From Zygnema circumcarinatum SAG 698-1b (Eukaryota > Plantae > Zygnematophyceae), in the NCBI GenBank assembly GCA_037447605.1, contig CM074805.1, positions 4,125,361-4,189,360 of the forward strand: a DNA stretch of 64,000 nt. The letters run 5' to 3'. The number at the start of each line of letters is the position of its first letter. Positions within the stretch are counted from its first letter, which is position 1. The notes beneath the pieces are model-generated. The model had not been told where the DNA came from and searched no databases. It was given only the letters and a program-made list of their open reading frames with translations. Below are positions 26,701 to 45,289 of this stretch, in pieces. The position numbers and the translations under genes were made by a program.

Positions 26701-29700
26701 ATGAGCTCAGGCTGTGAAAAGGATATCTTGCGCTTTGAAACCATACCAAATAGAGGCTTGTTTGAAGCATCATGTGTTCAGCGCAACTTCCCTGCAGTGA
26801 GCTCAATAATACCCGCGAGCCAGGAAAGATGCTGCATTGCTTGATGTATCCAGAGTTTGAACCATCCAACCTGCAAGGCTCTGCAGATTGTAGCCGAACA
26901 TAACTCACATGCCTGCCTCGTCTACACCTAAATTGAGTGGCTGGATGGGAATTGGTGGAGGTTTTGAGAGGGGCAAATGTTCATTGGCCGGCATTGGATA
27001 AATGGAATCCAGTCAATGGAGGCCTGGAGTATCTCAAGGTGTGCGAAAGGTGGCAGTTACCTTTTTCTTCATTCACGTCTTAGCGAAAGCAATGCAAACA
27101 TGTCACTTCCGACCTTAGATGCCAAGCTACGACTTGAAATGGAAAGGCAATAAATTTCAGTTTGTTGTGTTTCAAGCTCGTTCGTTTCTAACTCAGCCTT
27201 AAGTTCTGCCGACTATTTTATCCGCTTACGCTTAAGCATACTTGTGCCCTTATTGATGAGGCCCGTATATGTTCGTGGTTCGTTTCCAAAAGAAAAAAAC
27301 ATTTTGTTAGGCTGGGACGGTGTAATTAGTTTTCAAGATGAGTCATTTTGTTTATTTTTATTTTTTATTTTTATTCCCGTTTGTATAAAGCCACTCTATT
27401 TATTTATCTTGCACGAAGGTGCAGGGTCTTGCCGGTGATGCAAAAGTTCAGGCAATGGCGTCCTCCCAGGGTTCAACATTCTACGGTGCCATTGGACGGC
27501 ACGAAAGAGTAAGCCATCGCTTCGTCGCTTAGCCGATTCGCCGTTTTGTAATGCTCCAGTTTGTTATGCGGGAGAAAGTCAGAGAGCGCAATCGGAAGTA
27601 ACTCCATACCATAGTTGCTGAATGTACTTCAACATTTTGAAACCAAAGCTAATGCTTGGAAAGTGCGAAAGACAAACTGTCTTCACTGAATGAATTTAGA
27701 TGGGATCAGTTATCCGTGTTTGAAGAATGCTCTGCAAACAGCTGTGCAGAGGTTCGAACTTCCGGGACTCGCGAAGAGTTCTCGATGATACTAATTTTGT
27801 AGGTTCTTTGATTGTTATTGGTTCAGATCGAGGCACAGTTTAAAGACATTCTCAACCTTGCTTCAAACACTCTTGGAAATGGAACGAATGAATCTTCAAG
27901 GATGTTGGACATGGAAAAGGAGAGCGCTGCTCATCCAGTCTCCTCTCAGGATGGTGAAGGGTCACATTCAACATCCAATGAGACGGAGTTACGAGAGGGG
28001 CTAAACATTTATCTTGCACAGGTGCGTGGTAGTCCAGTGTCAGAAAGTGTTTCTACAGCTTGCCTTTCTGCATCCCGCTGCATGTAAGCAGAAAGAGGGC
28101 CGTACGTAACCCATCAGACTAGCCAGGAGGACACATTCGCCCAATTGCAACCTTATCCCGGGACTGACTTCGAGACAGTGTTCGCCTTCTCAAATATCTT
28201 TGGTTATGAACGGATAGTTGTTTAAGTCACCTTGCGCTTATGTATCTTCAGGTTCAATATCATCGGACAGGTTTCATATGGAATCCGAACGCTCTCTGAA
28301 GAAGAGTAAAAAATGCTGCAGTGGTTTTTGACAGGTTTCTTAACATCTAATGGGTGACCTTTATTGCCATTCCCAGGCTCCTATTTTGAATCGTGGAGAA
28401 GCCAACGCGTCAGCCAGTCTGCACAAGTTACTCCAAGATCTTTCTATTGTGAGGCTCTCTCGTGGAAGCTGGATGCTTTGGCCCTTGATGAATAGTGCTT
28501 CTGAACATGGTGTCTTACCATTCATCCCATTGCAAACTTTCCTGCAAATTTGGCATTAGATTGCGTGTTCTGTTTTGTCTTGGCCTGGGACTAAGGCCAT
28601 GGCCATGTCCGTTGCTATATCCACGGCCATGCCCATGCCCCTACCATGCTCCCTGGCCCAGATCCGTGCCCATGTTCATGCTCAGATGCTGGGTCAGGCC
28701 TATGCTTGCCATTCTGCCCACTGCTCATCCGGCTACTGCTGTGATGACCATGCCAAAATCTGACGTCATTGTGTCATGGCGTCATGGGCGTGTTGCTGTC
28801 ATGGTGCACGTTGATTAGCTTATACAGTTGCCGCAGTCATTTTCACTTTCTTTGTTTGCTTATAGGTGGTAATTTTCCAGTCTTGTGTGGGGAGTAGGGG
28901 GTGGAAGACAAAATGATGTAGGCACATTATAGAAATCGTTTGATGATTGATCGTGTTTGCGTATGATGCAGCCAAACTGTATAGATGAAGAAATCGTGGC
29001 GAGTATGAACTTGTGGATGAGTGTCACTGGGTCACGGTCGAGCACCCACTACGATCCATTCCATAACTTGCTTTGCCCAATTGTTGGCTCAAGACGTGGT
29101 AAGCTTCACGACGGCAACGTCTATGCCTTCTATAGCGATGACATGTCACGTTGTGTAGACTGGTTGATTGTGCAATTAATGGAAGTTTAGGAAGGCAGCA
29201 CCTTGTTCTCAAGATTTGAAGCGGAATACTTTCAGGGGATGCTTAAGTAGACTGAGGCTTGTGCTTGTGTGGCAGTGACACTTTGGCCCCCTTCGTCTAC
29301 GCCTTACCTTTACCCTCTCGCCCTACACGGTGAAGCGTCTAACCACAGGCAAGTAATGCTAATCTCTGTAATAACTTAGCTTTTCCAACTTACCTTGGAC
29401 CTGACATGCACATTATATGTATCTGCATACAATTTGCAATGCCTTTAAGGCTTGTTCTGTTTAGAGTTCTACGGATTTTCTCTCCCTTTTTTTCTTCTCG
29501 TTTTCTTATGAAAAGCAAGGATGGAGCGTTTGCATCATTCCGCAACGAAGTCTTGCATTGCTCAAGCGAGGGGCTTCTGATTGTTTAATGTTAAGGGTTC
29601 TACTTCTACTTTTATAAAAAAGGTGTAGGGGTGTCGGTCCTGGAGTAGCGCCTAAAGTGTGGCTCTTACTATTCATAACTGGGTTCCTCTCCCGTATGCC

Positions 29701-31921
29701 ACAGTGCTGTGGACTTCGCAGCTCCCAACTATGTGCAGTTTCCCCTTTTCTGTGAAGCAGAGAAGACAAGTTTCTGCGTGACCATCCTCCCAGGAGATGC
29801 CCTTTTCATCCCCGAGGGCTGGTCAGCACTACTCCCAACCCTAAATGCCACTCCTCTAAAACGCTCCTGAAGGCATACATCTCTCTGATTCATTCTTGAT
29901 GCCATAGATGATAGAGCTTTATACGTGACTGTGACAGGTGGCACCAGGTGGATGCTGACAGCGTAGCACTGGCAGTTAACATATGGTGGCCCTCCCTTAC
30001 GAGTACAACTTTTGGCTCACATATGGATGCATACTATGCCCGACGGATCATTTTGAGGTGGGTCCTCCTTGCAATGCTTTTGCATGAGGCCTCCTGCATT
30101 CGCTTTGAAGCCCAGGTCCAACGAAGATCCACTTTTAGAAAAGGGATTTGGAAAAAAGGTCGTTGAACTTCTGCGCTCTTGTTTGAAATGATCACCTTCG
30201 ATGTACTGCTAGTATGGCAACACTTGTAATACAACTTCTATTTCTCAAATCATCACTGCAACTTGTAATTTGCGCTGTTCCTTGAGTAAGGAACTATTGT
30301 CGTTAGTTGTGTACCGTTTGGCACTTGAGATTTACATGTTGCCTATGTCGTCGCTTTTTTTGCCATATTGGGGAGCTCTGGGACATAAACAGCCTGGTCG
30401 ATGCAGAGAAAGTAAGCCATCCTCCCTCAATGAAAGGCAGGGTCGTTGCACGGAGACTCCTTGAACTTTTTTGCACATGCTGACTCATTTCGTCCACACG
30501 CATACATCAGATCAACGCCTAAGTTGCTGACTGTATCGCCGTTTGCTCATGGGGCAGAAACGCATGCTGGAAAAGATCGTTCCGTACACTGTTGACTACG
30601 TCAGTCCATCATCCGCCACAGCCTCCCCCATAGCAGAGCGCCGAACCGCCACTAGTGATCTGCCAGGTGGCAGCCTTGGGGACGCATCTGCACGCCAATG
30701 GATTGCACAAGGTCATGCAGATGGGTCTAGCTCAATAGAGGATGAAGAGGCAGGGGGAAAGGAACATGCTCGACATGTTTTTGGCAAATTAACCAAAGAA
30801 GAGGCTGAATTTCTTAAAGCACTCGTGCTTGTTTCGGCCCATGCATACAAGGCGGAACCTATGGCTAGAGAACAGATTTGTAGAGCAGATGAGGAGGAGA
30901 AAAGCTTTGGAAGAAATTGGGAGACTTCTTCTGCGAGCGGCTGGTCTGCAGAGGATGATACTGTAGCACAGGTCCTAGCGGCTTTGGAGCCTTTGCGGCT
31001 ACTAAGAATCCTCCAAGTGATGGCTGTAAGCTGTTTCCCTTTTCCTTACGAACACCGATAATATCAAAGTCAGTGCTGTTGAGCTTTATTCGATCAAGTC
31101 AAGTGTGCAGGAGATTGTTGATGAAACATGGCCTTTATTACATTATATGGGAAGGGCAGTATTAGGGCCTAATTGGGCCCTAATACTGGTATGAATTCTT
31201 TTAACCTTAATATGGTTGAACAAGGGATTGCCTGATGGTTACCAGGAGAAATTTCCGATGTCTTTGCGGATCCTTATTCTTCACGGCCTATCCCCTCCTG
31301 CAGCGGAGCTGCTGACCACCAAACTGGAAGAAGCGGATTCGCAGTTGGCTCATCAACAGTTTTCAACCGATGACAGGTCGGTCTTTCAATGAACTTGCGA
31401 TGCAGTGCCATAGAAAAATCCCCTCGATCGCTTCTCCTTGAGGCAAGCGCTTGCAGCCAAGCTTTTAGGAGAATGAGCGCCAACACTGTTTTGAGACTGT
31501 TCTAGGTTTCTTGAGCTGCAGGAACGCAAAGGACGAGACGTTTGGAAATCAAGAAGACTTCTACAAGCTCTTTTACAGCGTTTTTGACGACCCACAAGAC
31601 GCAATGGCTGTTCTTCTCGCCGCCAAAGAAAGGTTTGGAAGCTTGGTGAGGACTGCCACCTCCCAGTGTGTGCTTAGCATTTGCTGTCGTCAAAAAGTTG
31701 GATTTTTTATGTTTAGGGCTACAGCTGTTTGTATTTTGCTCTACTGCAAGCTGCCGCATTGTTTGACGCCCGCGATTGGTGGGGTTGCAATAGCACTCAA
31801 TCGACATGGGGTTGCAGAAATCTCAAGTAACAGCTGGAAGTACCCTCCTTTGCTGCAGGCGTTGAAGGTAGTCCTGAAGGGAGTCATCGGGGCTGATTGC
31901 TCTATCTCAACCTTTCCATGA
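26701..31921 (+). CDS. JMJ31: JmjC/cupin-8 2-oxoglutarate-Fe(II) oxygenase, JMJ31 (AT5G19840)-like; about 14 exons
   Basis: NFPA|VLRGANVHW...KWNP..GGLEYLK; IYLAQ; NLWMSVTGSRSSTHYDPFHNLLC (HxD); LWPPSSTPYLYPLALHGEASNHS; PGDALFIPEGWWHQVD (distal His); HMDAYYARR; C-terminal FYSVFDD. Confidence 0.88.
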
Positions 31922-32689
31922 CCGATCTCTTCCCTGTTGAACTACGACACATATACAGACAGATGTGTCCGAGTTGGAAGTGGGTTGCATGCCCAAGCAA
32001 GCAAGCGGGCATGTTAATGTTAGCATGGTTTGGAATACGTGTTACGTTCCAAATAAATCAAAAACCCTCGTATCCCGAGTTATTTTCTCCTTTTCTTTTT
32101 CCCTGTTTGGGATAAATTCCATTCACTAACAGAATTCGAATTGTCGTCGTGTGGGATATCTTCAAATACACCTCTGACATGCTTCGGGAATACTCTTACG
32201 TGGTCGTACTCAACTCCGCTGCAAGCACATCTTGGCTTCAGCTGTTTACCATGTGGGAACCTTCTTGCACATGCCATCCTCAGCAACGACTTCGGAGTTC
32301 AGAAACACTTTTCGTGCCATCCCTCAAGCTCTGTATACTGTAGCGCATGCTAGTCACTGTGTGAATCCACTGCAGTGGGAGAATGGATTGCCGACTTGGC
32401 ATTGGTCACGCGGTAGCGACGCCATCCAATGTTTTACATAAAAATGCAAGTCTGTACCAGTCTGCAGAAGTACCAACTTGAAAAGTAAACCAAAAATAAA
32501 AACGGATTAGAAAGTGACGACACTATACTTGAACCTGTTACTTCTTCTGCCATATACGGCCACTGTTGCTGCTGTCCCAGTGCATGCCATGCCATGCTCA
32601 TGTGTTCCCGAGGAGGCCATGCCCATGCTCATGCACATGCGCCATATTTAAGCGCCTCTCCCATCCCCTTGAGAGGAGCCCTTCCATAG

Positions 32690-39911
<7,222 letters not shown>

Positions 39912-40916
39912 TGGTTTCCATTTGCAGTGGGCGGCCTCTCATGTCCCTCATTATGTTGTGAATAGCACAGTTGTTGGTTCTAGGCGTACATAGCTCTTTA
40001 GGACTTGTCGACAACTGTACAATCCCTTAGAACTTGTACAAATTGTGCATATTTTCTTTTGCGAACAAAAATGTATATACGATTTTGAGACGGTATTTCT
40101 GCGATTGTAGTAGTCACGAAAAACCGTGATGCCTAGTGCGAATTGCAGACGACTGATTTCTGCGAATTTGGGACTTCATAAGAAGCTGGAACTGTACCGT
40201 AATGGTTTGAGAAGAAAATCAAGTCTTCTACGGACAGCAGAGAGAGAAAAAGAGAGGAACGGGAGAGAGAGAGAGCGAGAGAGAGAGTGGGAAAGAGAGA
40301 GAGTCAGCGAGAGCAAGAGAGGAGGTTTTACTTGCTTTCGTCAATTCAGTTATGCCAATGGAAAATAATTGCTTTTTGGCTGGAAGACTTTCAAACCACT
40401 TTTCATCATCAGAGTGACCCAACTTCGACTCATGCATTTTATTTTGAAACAAAATGGCGAAGTCAAACAAAATAAAAAAAGGTTGAATGAATGGACAGAT
40501 CAACCAATGACAAAAAGATTCTAAGAAGAAAGCAATCGATCGTACGGAGGTCGTACCAATCTCCCACCCCTCTCCTTCCCTGCGCCCTCTTCTGTTTCAG
40601 TTCCTGTAACTACAGAAGGTCGACTAACCGAATTGACAACTGTACATGGAGACTCTCCATGCAGAGAAGCTCTCTTATCTGGTCACGAATTTGAGAGCCT
40701 GCTTCCCTAAAAGGTCCTCTTAACTTTCAAAAAGAAGCAGCCAGCCTCACAAACAACGCTTGGACTGAACTGCAATCGCATGTAACTTCAGAACCACCGA
40801 ATGTGTGCTCTCCTTCCACTGCCTTCACATCTCCAAGTTTGACGTTTTTTTCGTCTCGGGCCAAACTTCTACAATGCAGGATTGTAGAAGACAAACAATA
40901 AAAAATATTTTATAAC

Positions 40917-42753
40917 TCAACTCGCGGTCGTCGTCCTCCTTCTCTTGGTGGCTTTGAGCCCCCCCATCGTCCCCCCTCCTGCCGCACCCTCCTCCGCCGC
41001 TGCACTGTTCTGCAGCTGCGCCTTCACTTCCTCCAAGTGATCAACTTCATCGGAAAGTTCCGATGTCTTCCTCGTCAAATTCACAATGGCGTCATGCATC
41101 ACCTCCTCGCCGTCTTCCATCTTCGCAATTTGATCCAACAGCTCCTTCCTCTCACGAAGCAAAACTGCAAGCTCGTTCTTCTCTTCGATCGCTTTCAAGA
41201 GGGCCTGTCAGGACGTGCCATATCACATCACTCCAGTCAATCTCAAGCAAAGACCTCAAAACAATTTGTACAACTTGAACCGTAACAGAGGAGGAGAAAG
41301 TGCAGTAAGGATTGCGAAAAGAGCAGATTGAAAGGTCAGATTGTTATGTGTAAGGAAACAAAGAATCCAAAACAAAACTCACTGAGGATCGATGTCATTT
41401 GAAACCAACAGCCTGCAAACTCTAGTGCTTATTTCCTGCGTTTCCTTGAAGCAGCTGCGAGTCCCATCATGAAGCTCACCTTGTTGGACTCCGCCTCCAC
41501 CCTCTCGAGCTTCCTCGCCTCCTCCTCCATCGCCGCCTTCATCTTGGTCGCTTCTGATAAGCGCCCTTCCGCCGCTGCATGGGTCTGCTGTGCGGCCCGC
41601 CACGTGCCCTCCACAAAGGCCCTGTTCCCCTCCTCGACCGCCGCCGCCTCCCTCTTCAACTGCTCGACTTCAGAGCGCGCGCAGGCACTCTTGCGAACCC
41701 TCTCCATCTGCACAACGCTTTCATCGTACTCCGCTTCCACCCGCAGCATCTGCTCCGCCTTCATCTCCAACTACAGAAAGAACAGACACAATCAAAAGTA
41801 AAATTTAGCTACAATATCAATTTCAAGTTGATGGATTGAGGCACCATTCCCTTCCACTTCAACGATTTGGATGCTCCCCATCTGCTTCTTTCTGCCCTCG
41901 CTTTCTTCCCGGATGTCTACTGCTAGCTGTATGCAAACAAACACAATAGCTGAACAAAGTGGGAGAGGGAGCGAGGGGAGAGAGGGAAGGAGAGAGGGAG
42001 AGTGGAGGGGAAAGAGACAAAGAACGTGGGAGAGGGAGAAAGAGCGGGTGTTACCTCTTTTTTCAAAGCATCCAGATGCGCTTCAAAAAAGGACTTGTTC
42101 TCCATCTCATAGTACAATCGATCCTCCACTGAGCTCCCATTGCAGTCCATAGGCTCCTCCTCAGCGCAGTTCAAATCGTCCAAAAGTCGCATTGGGGGAA
42201 AAGGATGAATCCATCGCCGCGGCCATTTCGTTCTAAGCGGCGTCGGAAGCTCCTCCGTCATATCTCCCGCCTTCCTCTTTGCAGGGAGACGCTTCTCACC
42301 TTCCCCCGCCTCTCCCTCTTGCCCAATCTCGACTTTCTCCCCTCCGCCCTCCACTTCATCTCTCTCTACCTCCCTCCTCGATTCACTTCCCTCCCTTTCC
42401 CCGTTCTCTCCCTCTCCCTCTCCCTCTCCCTCTCCGGATCCCTCCCACCCTATTTCTGCGGCCGCCATGGCCGCCTTTCCTACCTCCACACGTAGTGGCG
42501 TGGGCGGGAACAGCCCATTCTCCCACTCACTGAGCGCATCTTCAAAATGCTCTTCCTGAGAGAGAGGCTCCCCAGCCGACACTTCCACTCTAGCCTCGTT
42601 CATCATCTCGAAAGCAGCGCTTCTCAATGTCTCCGATTTCTCTTCTTTCCGGAAGCTGAGTCCTCCAAGAAGCCAGCTCCAAGCACGGGCAGAGACTCCT
42701 CCTGCATGAGGAGCAGCGAAGGTGAGGGACTCCTGGAATCTCAAAGTCGCCAT
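40917..42753 (-). CDS. Unrecognised acidic coiled-coil protein, left palindrome copy (4 exons, about 450-460 aa)
   Basis: Mirror image of the right copy with intact ATG, GT-AG junctions and stop. It differs at a few codons (RVEVSAG vs REVVAAG; RKTSEL vs RKRSEL). Confidence 0.75.
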
Positions 42754-42949
42754 GGCTTGGAGCTTTCCAAGAACTTCAAAACCCTAACTGATAGGCTTGG
42801 TTCCACTCGTAACCCTGCCCTACCCCCCTCAGTTTCTCCCAAAGGCTGGAGCGCCAGAGAGAGACTGAGAGAGGAGAAGAGAGTGACCACGAGAGAGTCC
42901 TCACCAGGGTCCTGTCAATAGGCGATCCGCCCTTCCCAGACACGCGGAG

Positions 42950-43232
42950 CTCCAATGAGAACGAGCCACGTGGTAATAACTGTTGGCATGGCGCGTCGTG
43001 ATTGGTTTACGTTCTGTACCTGACACTGCACTTGCGAATCTTTCACATGGATCATGACGACAGTACAGGACTACATGGATCCCCGCCCACGGTGGATTGC
43101 AGATACAGTAGAAAGTGGCACGCGCCACACGCGCGGATTGATTCGCAATCGTGGTCACAGTTTTACCAAACTTACACCAATCGCGGAGCGCCACGATAGC
43201 AGTTCATTCCACGTGGTGCGTTCTTATTGGAT
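42950..43232. promoter_or_regulatory. Candidate shared bidirectional promoter at the palindrome centre with mirrored G-box and CCAAT boxes
   Basis: CCACGTGG at about 42966 and 43209; CCAAT/ATTGG at about 42952, 43001, 43177 and 43226. These are retained in both arms although neighbouring bases differ. Confidence 0.5.
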
Positions 43233-43452
43233 CTCCGCATGTCTGGGAAGGGCGCATCGCCTATTGACAGGACCCCCGTGAGGACTCTCACGTGGTCAAC
43301 CTCCCTCTCGGACCTCTCACGCGCTCTGGTCTCTCTTTCTCTCTCTCTCTGGCGCTCCAGCCTTTGGGAGAAACTGAGGGCGGTAGGGCAGGGTTACGAG
43401 AGGCACCAGGCATATCAGTTAGGGTTTTTAATTTCTTGGAAAGCTCCAAGCC

Positions 43453-45289
43453 ATGGCGACTTTGAGATTCCAGGAGTCCCTCACCTTCGCTGCTCCTCAT
43501 GCAGGAGGAGTCTCTGCCCGTGCTTGGAGCTGGCTTCTTGGAGGACTCAGCTTCCGCAAAGAAGAGAAATCGGAGACATTGAGAAGCGCTGCTTTCGAGA
43601 TGATGAACGAGGCCAGAGAGGTAGTGGCGGCTGGGGAGCCTCTCTCTCAGGAAGAGCATTTTGAAGATGCGCTCAGTGAGTGGGAGAATGGGCTGTTCCC
43701 GCCCACGCCACTACGTGTGGAGGTAGGAAAGGCGGCCATGGCGGCCGCAGAAATAGGGTGGGAGGGATCCGGAGAGGGAGAGGGAGAGGGAGAGGGAGAG
43801 AACGGGGAAAGGGAGGGAAGTGAATCGAGGAGGGAGGTAGAGAGAGATGAAGTGGAGGGCGGAGGGGAGAAAGTCGAGATTGGGCAAGAGGGAGAGGCGG
43901 GGGAAGGTGAGAAGCGTCTCCCTGCAAAGAGGAAGGCGGGAGATATGACGGAGGAGCTTCCGACGCCGCTTAGAACGAAATGGCCGCGGCGATGGATTCA
44001 TCCTTTTCCCCCAATGCGACTTTTGGACGATTTGAACTGCGCTGAGGAGGAGCCTATGGACTGCAATGGGAGCTCAGTGGAGGATCGATTGTACTATGAG
44101 ATGGAGAACAAGTCCTTTTTTGAAGCGCATCTGGATGCTTTGAAAAAAGAGGTAACACCCGCTCTTTCTCCCTCTCCCACGTTCTTTGTCTCTTTCCCCT
44201 CCACTCTCCCTCTCTCCTTCCCTCTCTCCCCTCGCTCCCTCTCCCACTTTGTTCAGCTATTGTGTTTGTTTGCATACAGCTAGCAGTAGACATCCGGGAA
44301 GAAAGCGAGGGCAGAAAGAAGCAGATGGGGAGCATCCAAATCGTTGAAGTGGAAGGGAATGGTGCCTCAATCCATCAACTTGAAATTGATATTGTAGCTA
44401 AATTTTACTTTTGATTGTGTCTGTTCTTTCTGTAGTTGGAGATGAAGGCGGAGCAGATGCTGCGGGTGGAAGCGGAGTACGATGAAAGCGTTGTGCAGAT
44501 GGAGAGGGTTCGCAAGAGTGCCTGCGCGCGCTCTGAAGTCGAGCAGTTGAAGAGGGAGGCGGCGGCGGTCGAGGAGGGGAACAGGGCCTTTGTGGAGGGC
44601 ACGTGGCGGGCCGCACAGCAGACCCATGCAGCGGCGGAAGGGCGCTTATCAGAAGCGACCAAGATGAAGGCGGCGATGGAGGAGGAGGCGAGGAAGCTCG
44701 AGAGGGTGGAGGCGGAGTCCAACAAGGTGAGCTTCATGATGGGACTCGCAGCTGCTTCAAGGAAACGCAGGAAATAAGCACTAGAGTTTGCAGGCTGTTG
44801 GTTTCAAATGACATCGATCCTCAGTGAGTTTTGTTTTGGATTCTTTGTTTCCTTACACATAACAATCTGACCTTTCAATCTGCTCTTTTCGCAATCCTTA
44901 CTGCACTTTCTCCTCCTCTGTTACGGTTCAAGTTGTACAAATTGTTTTGAGGTCTTTGCTTGAGATTGACTGGAGTGATGTGATATGGCACGTCCTGACA
45001 GGCCCTCTTGAAAGCGATCGAAGAGAAGAACGAGCTTGCAGTTTTGCTTCGTGAGAGGAAGGAGCTGTTGGATCAAATTGCGAAGATGGAAGACGGCGAG
45101 GAGGTGATGCATGACGCCATTGTGAATTTGACGAGGAAGAGATCGGAACTTTCCGATGAAGTTGATCACTTGGAGGAAGTGAAGGCGCAGCTGCAGAACA
45201 GTGCAGCGGCGGAGGAGGGTGCGGCAGGAGGGGGGACGATGGGGGGACTCAAAGCCACCAAGAGAAGGAGAACGACGACCGCGAGTTGA
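43453..45289 (+). CDS. Unrecognised acidic coiled-coil protein, right palindrome copy (exons 43453-44151, 44280-44348 or -44393, 44436-44726, 45002-45289)
   Basis: ATG in GCCATGG context; phase-0 GT-AG junctions (GAG|GTAACA, TACAG|CTA, TGTAG|TTG, AAG|GTGAGC, GACAG|GCC); E/K/A-rich heptad-like C-terminal half; basic PAKRKA and KATKRRR motifs. The exon 2 donor is ambiguous. Confidence 0.75.

Noticed and set aside
28585-28810. CCATG-rich low-complexity tract with Pro/Cys-rich ORFs (similar tracts near 7650-7745 and 32580-32645)
   Set aside because: Degenerate simple repeats in introns or upstream sequence, without coding support.
43453-45289. Assignment of the palindrome gene to Ndc80/Nuf2 or NMCP/CRWN
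   Set aside because: Only generic coiled-coil resemblance; no diagnostic domain recognised.
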